Source: Candidatus Daviesbacteria bacterium
GTDB lineage: Bacteria > Patescibacteriota > Microgenomatia > Daviesbacterales > UBA10151
NCBI GenBank assembly: GCA_016198275.1
Contig: JACQIX010000010.1
Span: 172 to 64,171, forward strand
Length of the DNA stretch: 64,000 nucleotides
Direction of reading: 5' to 3'
Under the pieces are notes generated by a model. That model searched no databases. It was not told where the DNA came from and saw only the letters and a list, made by a program, of their open reading frames with translations. The position numbers and the translations under genes are program-made. This document shows, piece by piece, positions 17,171-26,418 of this stretch (position 1 is its first letter; each line of letters begins with the position of its first letter).

Positions 17171-19018
17171 ATGACATCCAAGGATATTAGAGATAAATTC
17201 ATTAGATTTTTTGTCGGCAAAGGACATAAAGAAATTGCCCCAGCCAAACTTGTGCCGGAAAATGATCCATCCACCCTTTTTACCTCCTCAGGTATGCAGC
17301 CTTTGGTTCCGTATCTGTTAGGTCAACTTCATTCGGAGGGGAAAAGATTAGTAGATTCTCAACCAAGCTTTAGAGCAGAAGATATTGAAGAAGTTGGGGA
17401 TAATCGCCACACCACTTTTTTTGAAATGCTTGGTAATTGGTCGCTGAATGATTATTTTAAAAAAGAACAGCTTTCCTGGTCTTGGGAATTTTTAACTAAA
17501 AAATTAGGATTAGATAAAGAAAAATTATATGTATCTGTATTTGGAGGAAACGATTCGGTTCCAAAAGATCTGGAATCATTTGAAATATGGAAAAGTTTGG
17601 GAGTTACCCAGGATCATATTTTCTTTTACGGAGTGGAGAAAAATTGGTGGTCAAGGTCCGGCCCGCCAGATAAGATGCCTGAGGGAGAGATTGGTGGTCC
17701 AGATTCCGAAGTATTTTATGATTTTGGTACTCCGCATGATGAAAAGTATGGCAGCAATTGTCATCCAAATTGCGACTGCGGCAGATTCTTAGAAATTGGC
17801 AATTCTGTTTTTATTCAGTATCAAAAAACAACAGGATCTTTAAAAGAATTTTCTCAAAGAAATGTGGATTTTGGGGGAGGGTTGGAAAGATTAACAGCTG
17901 CCGTTAATAACACCTCAGATATTTTTGAAACTGATCTATATAAACCAATTATTGATGCGATCGTACAACTAATTGGTAAAGAATATGAAGCAGATAACAA
18001 ACCTGCCATGCAGGTAATAGCTGACCATATGAAAACAGCTACGTTTTTAATCAAAGACGGCGTGGTTCCTTCAAATAAATTACAGGGGTATGTTCTAAGA
18101 AGATTACTCCGCCGTTCTGCGACTAAATTCTACCAGCTAACCAAAAACATGAAATTTCTAGCAGAAATGATCGAGGTATACAATGCAATTTTATCTATTT
18201 ATGATGGTTTATACGGAATCGAGAAAAGAGAAACAAGTGATATTAACTTGTTAGAAGAAAATTATAAGGTTATTTTTGATGAAATGAATAGATTTGGAAA
18301 AACTTTATCAGCAGGTTTCCATAAAATAGATAGAATGGAACAGATTGATGGTAAAGAGGCATTTGACTTATATCAAACATTCGGGTTTCCTTATGAGGTA
18401 ACTGAAGAGCTGTTTAGGTTAAAAGGACAAGAGATTAATAAAGAACAATTCAGAGTGGAGTTTGAAAAGCATAGAGAATTGTCCAGAACTGCATCTTCTG
18501 GTATGTTTAAAGGAGGTTTGGCTGACCATTCTGAAACAGTCATCAAATATCATACAGCTACCCACCTACTCCACCAGGCTTTAAGAGATATACTGGGGCC
18601 CACAGTTTTTCAAAAAGGGTCTAATATAACTCACGAGAGATTGAGGTTTGACTTTTCTTATGATAAAAAAATGACTGATGAGGAAATTAAAAAAACCGAA
18701 AAAATTGTCAATGAAAAGATTGAGGAGGATTTAAAAGTTGATCATCTGATCATACCGCTCAGTAAAGCAAAAGAATTGAATGCAATAGGGTTATTTGATG
18801 AAAAGTATGCTGATCAAGTTTCAATCTATGGTATAGGACCAAAGTACCAACTTAATCCGAAGGCAAAAGATAGAAGAAGTCGGAGAGGTTATTATTCTTT
18901 GGAATTTTGTGGAGGCCCTCATGTTGAGCATACCGCAGTAATCGGGAAAATTAAAATTGTGAAAGAAGAAGCAATATCTTGGGGAATCCGCCGTATCCGA
19001 GCGATATTAAAGTCATAA
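17171..19018 (+). CDS. alaS: Alanine--tRNA ligase (short form without C-Ala)
   Basis: DPSTLFTSSGMQP, HTTFFEMLGNWS, GLER, editing HTATH...FCGGPH. Confidence 0.96.
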   Translation: MTSKDIRDKFIRFFVGKGHKEIAPAKLVPENDPSTLFTSSGMQPLVPYLLGQLHSEGKRLVDSQPSFRAEDIEEVGDNRHTTFFEMLGNWSLNDYFKKEQLSWSWEFLTKKLGLDKEKLYVSVFGGNDSVPKDLESFEIWKSLGVTQDHIFFYGVEKNWWSRSGPPDKMPEGEIGGPDSEVFYDFGTPHDEKYGSNCHPNCDCGRFLEIGNSVFIQYQKTTGSLKEFSQRNVDFGGGLERLTAAVNNTSDIFETDLYKPIIDAIVQLIGKEYEADNKPAMQVIADHMKTATFLIKDGVVPSNKLQGYVLRRLLRRSATKFYQLTKNMKFLAEMIEVYNAILSIYDGLYGIEKRETSDINLLEENYKVIFDEMNRFGKTLSAGFHKIDRMEQIDGKEAFDLYQTFGFPYEVTEELFRLKGQEINKEQFRVEFEKHRELSRTASSGMFKGGLADHSETVIKYHTATHLLHQALRDILGPTVFQKGSNITHERLRFDFSYDKKMTDEEIKKTEKIVNEKIEEDLKVDHLIIPLSKAKELNAIGLFDEKYADQVSIYGIGPKYQLNPKAKDRRSRRGYYSLEFCGGPHVEHTAVIGKIKIVKEEAISWGIRRIRAILKS

Positions 19019-19087
19019 GGAATGACAGGGTAGATACTGGTGTGTTAAGATAAATTTGACAGGCCTAATCCTCAGGCTAAAATTTAC

Positions 19088-21310
19088 ATGATTAGTCTTT
19101 CCAAAATTACCTCATTTATTTCATTTGGCAAAAAGCCAAAAGTCTTGGAATATTATTTTGCTCTTAATATTGGAGTGGAGAAATTAACTTCAGGGCTTTG
19201 GACTATTGAAAATAATCAGCTGGAGATTTTACAAACAGCTGCTCAAAATTATGGTTCAACTGAAGAAATTTTTAAAGTAACAGATAAATTGTTGGACCAA
19301 GTTTTAGGCTTAAGAGAGATTGAACCGCAAAAAATTCTTTTCGGTGTGCCGGATTCCTGGATTTTGGATGATAACTTAAAAGATGAGAACCTGAAGATTT
19401 TGCGAAAACTGGTTAAAGAGTTGGAGCTTACTCCAATGGCTTATGTGGCAGATAGTCAGGCTATAGTTCACTTCTTGGAGAAAATGGAAGGAGTACCCCC
19501 AACTGCCATTTTGGTTGGTTTTGACAAGCATCATTTAATAGTCAGTGTAGTTAGAGCAGGGAAGCTGGATGGAGTCAGAGTTGTTACTAGAGGTGAAAAT
19601 TCCAGCTCTGATATAGAAAAAGCACTGCTGACATTTACTGACATAGAAACTCTGCCTTCTAAGATATTGATCCATGGGGAGTCAGCTGCGGGATTAAGAA
19701 ATCAATTGCTCTCTTTTTCTTGGATGGTGAAATTGAGTTTTCTGCACTTTCCCAAAATAGATGTTTTGGCAGAGGATTTAGAAATTAAAAGTGTTTGTTT
19801 GGCCGGGGCATCAGAAATAAACGAGAATATCAAATTTACCGACACTGCCATTGAGAAATCTACGCCTTCCCAACCCCTGGAATCTACTGAATCTAATTCC
19901 TCCGATACATCAAAAATTGATGAATCCAATTTTGGATTTGTGACAGGAGATATTTCGGATCAAATCAAAAAAGAGGAAGTATTAATACCGGAGGTTGAAG
20001 CTGAAGCTGAGGAGCTGACTTTGTCGGAAGAATCCAATCTTGAAGAATCTAATATTTTAGAAACAACTGACTTTGAATCTCATACAGTTGAGAGACCTTT
20101 AGTAAAAGAGCAGCTAAAGGAGAGGTTTACTAGAAACCTTAATTTGGCAGTTATAAAAAAATATTTGCCCAAGTGGTCAGTCAAATTGCCAATTATTTTA
20201 GGGGGTTTTGGTCTAATTTTAGCACTTCTGGCAGGATATATCTTAATACCTAAAGCAGAAGTTAAGATCTTTGTTGAACCGAGGATTTTGGAAAAAGATG
20301 CTCAAGTTACTGCTGATCCAAACCAAAAAACTGTTTTGGAAGATACCAAAGTTATACCTGGCCAAATAGTGGAAACTGAGGTTGCAGGCAATCTGAAAGA
20401 TACTGCAACCGGTAAAAAACAGGTAGGTGAGAGCGCTAAAGGGACAGTAGTAGTTTATAATAAAACCTTTGAGGCAAAATCATTAAGCAAAGGGACAGTA
20501 TTAACCTCAAACAATGGTTTGAAGTTTGCCCTGGACACTACGGTCAATATTGCTTCCCAATCAGCCACAGATAGCGGCATTACTTTTGGTAAAGCTAATA
20601 TTACAGTTACAGCCTCTGCGATTGGGGCTGATAGCAATTTAGCCTCTTCCTCGGAGTTAACTATTAACGGTTTTTCCTCGTCACAACTTCTAGCTAAGGC
20701 CGAAGGTAATTTTTCCGGGGGGACTTCCAAAGAAGTAACCGTAGTTTCGTCCGAGGACGCTCAAAGGCTACTGGCTAAACTGTCATCTGATTTAAGGTTG
20801 CAAGCTCAACAAAAGTTACAAGGACAACTTGCTGATAAAAAGATTTTGGCAGAGGCTTTATCCGAAAATATTATCAAAAAAAGTTACAATAAAAATATCA
20901 ATGACCAGGCTAATGAATTTTCCCTAAATCTGACTATCCGCTACAAAGGCACAGCTTTTGAGGAAAAAGATTTACACTTAATTGTTTCCAAGCTTGTGAC
21001 TACCCAAGTTCCCGAAGGTTTCCAGTTTGATCTTTCTCAGACTGAAACCCAAGCAGATGTCTCTAAATTGGATCATGACGGCAAATTAATTTTTTTGGCC
21101 AGATTTAAAGCTAAGTTGATACCAAAAATTGATACTGAGAAAATTTTAAATCAGATTAGATTCAAAACCCCAGAAGAGGTTTTAAGCTTAGTCAAAAATA
21201 TGGATAATGTTTTAGGAGCAGATATTAAAATGATTCCGGATTTGCCAAAATTTTTTGCCAGGATGCCGATTCTTTCAAAAAATATCAAAATTGAAGTAGG
21301 ATTAAAATGA
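19088..21310 (+). CDS. Bitopic protein: FtsA/actin-like N-domain, acidic linker, TM, baseplate-J-like extracellular domain
   Basis: YFALNIG N-terminus, E-rich linker, TM at ~aa 367-387, GESAKGTVVVYN...GADSN...FSGG pattern. Confidence 0.55.
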   Translation: MISLSKITSFISFGKKPKVLEYYFALNIGVEKLTSGLWTIENNQLEILQTAAQNYGSTEEIFKVTDKLLDQVLGLREIEPQKILFGVPDSWILDDNLKDENLKILRKLVKELELTPMAYVADSQAIVHFLEKMEGVPPTAILVGFDKHHLIVSVVRAGKLDGVRVVTRGENSSSDIEKALLTFTDIETLPSKILIHGESAAGLRNQLLSFSWMVKLSFLHFPKIDVLAEDLEIKSVCLAGASEINENIKFTDTAIEKSTPSQPLESTESNSSDTSKIDESNFGFVTGDISDQIKKEEVLIPEVEAEAEELTLSEESNLEESNILETTDFESHTVERPLVKEQLKERFTRNLNLAVIKKYLPKWSVKLPIILGGFGLILALLAGYILIPKAEVKIFVEPRILEKDAQVTADPNQKTVLEDTKVIPGQIVETEVAGNLKDTATGKKQVGESAKGTVVVYNKTFEAKSLSKGTVLTSNNGLKFALDTTVNIASQSATDSGITFGKANITVTASAIGADSNLASSSELTINGFSSSQLLAKAEGNFSGGTSKEVTVVSSEDAQRLLAKLSSDLRLQAQQKLQGQLADKKILAEALSENIIKKSYNKNINDQANEFSLNLTIRYKGTAFEEKDLHLIVSKLVTTQVPEGFQFDLSQTETQADVSKLDHDGKLIFLARFKAKLIPKIDTEKILNQIRFKTPEEVLSLVKNMDNVLGADIKMIPDLPKFFARMPILSKNIKIEVGLK

Positions 21311-21966
21311 TTACCGTCCTCAGGCGAACACCTGGTAAAGTTATTTCATTAGGATTTTTATCAATAGGGGTTTTTGTGCTGATGCAGGTAATCTTGCCAA
21401 TAACTTCATTTCAGATTTGGGACTTGCAGCAAAAAATAGCCAATCAAACATTGATTAGTCCAAAGCAAAAAATAGACAGACAAATTTTGGGAATTTCAGT
21501 TCAAAACAAAGATAATTTTCCTGCCTTTACTTCTTATTTAAAAAGGGAAACCCAACCTAATTACAGTCGTTTTGGTTTATCTGTTCCCAGACTTAGGATC
21601 GAAAAGACAGATGTGCTGGTAGATACTAATGATTTATCAAAAGGTTTGGTTCATCTTCCTGGATCTGCACTGCCTGGAGAGAAAGGTAATGTGTTTATAT
21701 CCGGTCATTCAGCTTTAAACCAATTTTTTTGGCAAAAAAACGCTGTTTTTGCCAAACTTGCTGATCTTAAGAAAGGAGATCAAATAATTGCGGAAACTTT
21801 GGGATCAAAATTTGTATATGAGGTTATTGATTTCAAAATAGTTGACCCGCAAGACTTATCAGTTATTATTCCGCCTGAAGATCGGGGTAGATATATCTCT
21901 TTGATGACTTGTGTTCCCCCTGGTTTAAACTTCAAAAGACTAATTGTTTTAGGTAAGATGCTTTGA
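21307..21966 (+). CDS. Sortase (class D/E-like)
   Basis: PGEKGNVFISGHS, F..L.DLKKGD, LMTCVPPG...KRLIV catalytic His/Cys/Arg. Confidence 0.9.
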   Translation: MITVLRRTPGKVISLGFLSIGVFVLMQVILPITSFQIWDLQQKIANQTLISPKQKIDRQILGISVQNKDNFPAFTSYLKRETQPNYSRFGLSVPRLRIEKTDVLVDTNDLSKGLVHLPGSALPGEKGNVFISGHSALNQFFWQKNAVFAKLADLKKGDQIIAETLGSKFVYEVIDFKIVDPQDLSVIIPPEDRGRYISLMTCVPPGLNFKRLIVLGKML

Positions 21967-22337
21967 TGAAATATTTAGGAATAGATTTTGGGTTAAAAAG
22001 AGTCGGATTGGCAACTTCTGAAGGCACCATGGCTGCTCCTTGGAAAGTAATTACCGGTAAAAATTTTTTAGAATTGATAGACAAAATTTATACCCAAGCA
22101 TCAGATTTTGATAAAGTAGTGATTGGATTGCCACAAGGTAATATGGGGAAAAAGGTTAAACAGGCAATTAAAATTTTGCAAAGTAAAGGCTTGGATATTT
22201 TGGAAGCTGATGAAACTTTATCTACCAAAGAAGCAATCAGGCTGATGATAGAATTAAATATTCCTAAAAAGAAAAGAGTAGTCAGTGATGATTATTCTGC
22301 TGCCATTATTTTGCAAAAATATTTAGATTCGAAGTGA
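21966..22337 (+). CDS. yqgF: YqgF/RuvX family pre-16S rRNA nuclease
   Basis: LGIDFGLKRVGLA, VIGLP, DETLST, DDYSAAIILQ. Confidence 0.93.
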   Translation: MKYLGIDFGLKRVGLATSEGTMAAPWKVITGKNFLELIDKIYTQASDFDKVVIGLPQGNMGKKVKQAIKILQSKGLDILEADETLSTKEAIRLMIELNIPKKKRVVSDDYSAAIILQKYLDSK

Positions 22338-23326
22338 AAAAAATAATTTGGTTAACTATTATTTCAATAGTCGCATTTTTTTTATTAAAAGGATGGTGGA
22401 GTTCCCAGCTTGCTGCCGTATCTTTGGATAAAAGCAGTCAAACATTTATTATTGCTAAAGGGGAAAGTCTGACTCAGATAGGGAACAAGTTAAAGAAGCA
22501 AAATCTGATCAGAAACTTATGGGCTTTTGTAATCTTTGGTAAGCAATCAGCGATGAGTGCAAAAATTCAAGCAGGCACTTTCAAAATAGCTGCTTCTTTT
22601 TCTGTCCCGGAGATTTTTAAGGTCATAACCGGTCAACCTGTAGCTTTCTGGGTGACTTTAATTGAGGGCTGGAGAGCAGAAGAAATGGCAGATGAGTTAA
22701 GTTTAAAGTTAAAAACGCAATCCTTCGATCCTGAGCGTAGTCTAAGGGCTCAGGACAAGAGTTCAATGTTTTTAAAATTGGCCAAGGAAGGGTATATGTT
22801 TCCTGATACTTACCTTTTTCCTCCTGATATTACCCAAGAACAAATTGTGCAAAAATTGCGGGAAACTTTTGATCAAAAGTATAAGGAGTTAAAACCTAAA
22901 TTTGCGTCTTTGGGATTAACTCAGGATGAGGCAGTGATTTTAGCATCCATCGTGGAACGGGAGGCCAGGTCAGAAGAAGTAAAGACTAGGGTAGCCAGTA
23001 TCTTATTAAAAAGATATAAAATAGGCATGGGTTTAAATGCTGATGCTACTGTCCAATATGCTTTGGGTTATCAACAGAAGGAGAAAAGCTGGTGGAAAAG
23101 GCATTTAAGCAAGGAGGATTTAAAAATTGATTCTGCCTATAATACTTATCTTCATGCAGGGTTACCCCCTACCCCGATCAGTAATCCCGGACTGGTATCC
23201 CTCAAAGCTGTTGCCAATGCAGATCCTAGTACCCCTTATCTTTATTATTATCATGATTCAAAAGGTAATTCTCACTATGCCAAAACCTTAGATGAACACA
23301 ACCAAAATGTGGCCAATAATCCATAA
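22334..23326 (+). CDS. mltG: Endolytic transglycosylase MltG
   Basis: EGYMFPDTY, LASIVERE, YNTY..GLPPTPISNPG. Confidence 0.95.
   Translation: MKKIIWLTIISIVAFFLLKGWWSSQLAAVSLDKSSQTFIIAKGESLTQIGNKLKKQNLIRNLWAFVIFGKQSAMSAKIQAGTFKIAASFSVPEIFKVITGQPVAFWVTLIEGWRAEEMADELSLKLKTQSFDPERSLRAQDKSSMFLKLAKEGYMFPDTYLFPPDITQEQIVQKLRETFDQKYKELKPKFASLGLTQDEAVILASIVEREARSEEVKTRVASILLKRYKIGMGLNADATVQYALGYQQKEKSWWKRHLSKEDLKIDSAYNTYLHAGLPPTPISNPGLVSLKAVANADPSTPYLYYYHDSKGNSHYAKTLDEHNQNVANNP
22721..22755. repeat. Nested REP-like palindrome inserted in-frame in mltG
   Basis: TCCTTCGA[TCCTGAGCGTAGTCTAAGG]GCTCAGGA, encoding SFDPERSLRAQD. Confidence 0.75.
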
Positions 23327-23341
23327 ACATTTTTTCTATTC

Positions 23342-23722
23342 ATGTATAAATTTTGGGGGAAGGTAAAAAAACATAGGCAAAGAGGGAAGGGATTGGGATT
23401 TCCCACAGCTAATATAAATTTAACAAAAAAAATTCCAGAAGGTATTTATATTTCCCAGGTAAGAATTAAAGCTAAAAAATATCCGTCGCTTACTTTTATT
23501 GGCAAAGTTAAAACTTTTAACGAAGATAAATATCAAGCAGAAGTTTATATTTTGGATTTTAATCAGGATATTTATCATCAGTGTATTTCAGTGAAATTGA
23601 TCAAAAAAATAAGAAGCAATCAAAAGTTTAATTCTTCCAAGGATTTAATTGCCCAGATGAAAAAAGATGAGCTGGATGCCAGAAAATACTTTGTTCGGTT
23701 ATTTTCTACTGCCAAACAATGA
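23342..23722 (+). CDS. Stand-alone riboflavin kinase (RibF C-terminal domain)
   Basis: GKGLGFPTAN, EGIY, EVYILDF, IR...KF.S...LIAQMKKD. Confidence 0.9.
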   Translation: MYKFWGKVKKHRQRGKGLGFPTANINLTKKIPEGIYISQVRIKAKKYPSLTFIGKVKTFNEDKYQAEVYILDFNQDIYHQCISVKLIKKIRSNQKFNSSKDLIAQMKKDELDARKYFVRLFSTAKQ

Positions 23723-25117
23723 TTGAAACCATAAAATAAAATTTCCAAATGTATTTTCAAACCAATTTTTTGGCTGCACTTTTTTTGATTCTGTGGCTGT
23801 ATTCTGAGTGGCAGATTGTGTTGGGGTAGGAGTTGGTGCAGGAGTTGGTGTTGTTGTAATTTTTGTAGGAAGTGGGGGTTGTGTAGTGGTCGGGATATTT
23901 GGTTGGTTGGTTGGTGAAACTGCGCTTGATGAACAATTTTGAGAGTATACCCCATTTCCTTCCAGAGAAGTACCTGATTTAAACTCATTAAAGTTGGAAT
24001 AGCGTTTTCCTCCCCATTTAATAAACCTACCAGTGTCTGAGGTATACATACAATCTTCGTCAAAACTTGATCCAGCTGGAGGTGAATCAGAAAATTCCAT
24101 CACATATCGGGAAACCACCAATACATTTTTCCGGGATACAATAGGACTTAAGCCTTTATTGGTCTGGGCAAATCCGTTGCCACCATTACTTGTTCCTGGA
24201 ATTCGACAATCGTTTGCCGTCAAATACGTCGTTCCATTTCCACCACGTCCTAATTTATAACATGCCAATTGTCCATGCACCCCTCTTTTGCCTGTATCTC
24301 CTTGAATGGTATTGTTTTCAATATTCAATGGACCGATTTTATTTGCAGCAAATGCGATTCCTATTCCGCATCCTTCAATACGGTTATTTTTAACCGTTAT
24401 ATTGACATCTCCGCCTTCAACTTGAATACCATCATCCCAACAGTCTTTGATAGTGTTGTTCTCAATAGTAGTATTTTTATCAAAGCTCCCTCGGTCAGAC
24501 CCTTCTTCTTCTCCTCCAATCCCATCATATCCGCCGGTGATAGTATTTCCTGAAATTGTATGTCCGCCACCGCTTGGGTTTTCATTATTGGATTTGAACC
24601 ATATTCCATTTCCTTTTCCAGCTTGATTTCCTGATATTTCAACACGTCGTGTAATAGTGTTATTGATAACTTTTATGTTCGATCCTCCATACCACGAGGC
24701 AACTCCAGCTGCAAAATTATCTCCACCATCTTGGCAATTAAAATCCTGAACCGTATTTCCCTCAATTGTGATATTTGAAGAAGACGTATTTCGGACTATT
24801 ATTCCTTGCTCATGGGTTTTTTTAACACCAATTCCTCTTATCGTCACATTGGAAGCAATAATTTGAATTCCGTATCGCTTACTACAATCTCCATCAATCC
24901 AGACAGCCCCGCTCCCTACCAAAGTTACTGGTTTTGAAATATCAACTTGCTCTTTATAGACTCCAGCATTGACTTGAACCGTATCTCCACTTTGTGCAGA
25001 TTGGATAGCTGAATTAATACTGCTTCCACTTAATACAGATACGGTCGCAGCAGAAACATTTGAAACAGACAAAAATAGAGAAGATAAAAAGAAACTAAAA
25101 ATAAAAAGCCGCTTCAT
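23699..25117 (-). CDS. Secreted right-handed parallel beta-helix protein (pectin-lyase-like fold) with Pro/Thr linker
   Basis: Signal peptide ending VSA-A, SINSAI..A.SGDTV.V.AGVY, repeated NITI.NN motifs, PT-rich linker, amphipathic C-terminal helix. Confidence 0.75.
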   Translation of the reverse strand: MKRLFIFSFFLSSLFLSVSNVSAATVSVLSGSSINSAIQSAQSGDTVQVNAGVYKEQVDISKPVTLVGSGAVWIDGDCSKRYGIQIIASNVTIRGIGVKKTHEQGIIVRNTSSSNITIEGNTVQDFNCQDGGDNFAAGVASWYGGSNIKVINNTITRRVEISGNQAGKGNGIWFKSNNENPSGGGHTISGNTITGGYDGIGGEEEGSDRGSFDKNTTIENNTIKDCWDDGIQVEGGDVNITVKNNRIEGCGIGIAFAANKIGPLNIENNTIQGDTGKRGVHGQLACYKLGRGGNGTTYLTANDCRIPGTSNGGNGFAQTNKGLSPIVSRKNVLVVSRYVMEFSDSPPAGSSFDEDCMYTSDTGRFIKWGGKRYSNFNEFKSGTSLEGNGVYSQNCSSSAVSPTNQPNIPTTTQPPLPTKITTTPTPAPTPTPTQSATQNTATESKKVQPKNWFENTFGNFILWFQSLFGSRK

Positions 25118-25197
25118 AAATATAAACACTAAACTATTTTTATTTAAAAAGTCAAATTATGTAACTTCAGCTTTTAATAATCTCTTCATTTTCTTTG

Positions 25198-26223
25198 CTA
25201 GGCAGCGTGTGGTAATTTATTTTGTGGAGTAAATGGATTGGGAATACATATTTTGCCAGCGGAGGTATCACCGAGCCCTGCATAAAGATCAACAGTCCCA
25301 TCACCATTATCCTTTAGTCCTCCCGGGTAAATAATGTTAACTTCATCAGGCCGTTTATTGGGAACAGATGGGAAGTCATCTCTTGTAGCAATAATATGCA
25401 TGTTTGTCGCTACCCGTGTCTCGGGATCCATGGTAAAAATCCCTGCATAGTAATTCTTTCCACCTGCGTCATCTAATTTTGCGATATGACATAAAATACC
25501 CAGTTGTCTGTCCGCAAGTACATGCGCTTCATTTGCTCCGCCCCATTCGCCATTGGTAAAGTGTAAACTAATGCGCTTTGCCTGGGTAATAGTAGCAGGT
25601 GATAAGTATTCAAGCGTGTCAATTTCCGTATAGCAAATTTGACCTTTAGCATAGTTTATGCCATTGACAACTCCTTGGGGTCTAGTAAAGACACCAATTT
25701 TCCCGTCAGGCAGCTCGACAAGCCGGATGCCTTTCATATGTTCTGGTCCTACAGCAAATCTTTCTAATGTGCTAAGTGTCCTTCCTTTATAAAATTCCAT
25801 TTGGTACCCAATTCCTCCAGTTGCTAAGGGATATGTTTTAACACCACCAAGCACGAGATCATAAGCGATTCTTGTTATAGTCGGATCTTGGAGAGTAAAT
25901 GTAGGCATTTCTGGATCTTCAACCCACACGTCGTGCTTTGATCTAAAAAATTTCGTTGTGGTCCTGTGTTCTTTATCCCGCGGTTCTGTTCTTACTGCAA
26001 TATACATATCGCCGCAATTGGTAAATGGCGCTGAAATATTATAGGCGTCATAAGGGCGATGATATTCATCAAAATCGCCTACCATCAGTCGTAATAATGC
26101 TCCTTGGGAGAGCGGTGGTCTTTTCTCATACGCCTTTAACATGGATGGAATATCTCCTGTTAGCGCAGCCTGGCGTGATTCGTGTGGTCTAGATGATAAA
26201 GATACTAACGATTCAGTCACCAT
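25198..26223 (-). CDS. DUF1861 family (GH130/GT108-related) mannoside phosphorylase-like protein
   Basis: YNISAPF, LQDP, GPEHMKGIRLVEL.DGKIGVFTRPQG, WGGANE, LYAGLGD. Confidence 0.75.
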   Translation of the reverse strand: MVTESLVSLSSRPHESRQAALTGDIPSMLKAYEKRPPLSQGALLRLMVGDFDEYHRPYDAYNISAPFTNCGDMYIAVRTEPRDKEHRTTTKFFRSKHDVWVEDPEMPTFTLQDPTITRIAYDLVLGGVKTYPLATGGIGYQMEFYKGRTLSTLERFAVGPEHMKGIRLVELPDGKIGVFTRPQGVVNGINYAKGQICYTEIDTLEYLSPATITQAKRISLHFTNGEWGGANEAHVLADRQLGILCHIAKLDDAGGKNYYAGIFTMDPETRVATNMHIIATRDDFPSVPNKRPDEVNIIYPGGLKDNGDGTVDLYAGLGDTSAGKICIPNPFTPQNKLPHAA

Positions 26224-26288
26224 ATAACAGGGATATTTAATGTAAATATTAATTATAATACAAACAAGGGGTAACAGTAATTTAGCCC

Positions 26289-26374
26289 TTGACGGATTGG
26301 TTATATTGTGATAAAGTTAATTTAGTTGAATAGAAAAATTTGGAGGCGTACGGGTACGTATGCTTCCTTTTGTT
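26289..26374 (+). promoter_or_regulatory. rpoB promoter and leader terminator/attenuator
   Basis: TTGACG-17-TAAAGT (extended TG); GGAGGCGTACG-ggta-CGTATGCTTCC then TTTTGTT. Confidence 0.7.
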
Positions 26375-26418
26375 GACTCTGCCCATGACCGCTTAGCGGG
26401 TAAATAGGCCATCTACTA

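Noticed and set aside
19088-21310. Prophage or contractile injection system
   Set aside because: No other phage or tail genes; embedded in housekeeping synteny
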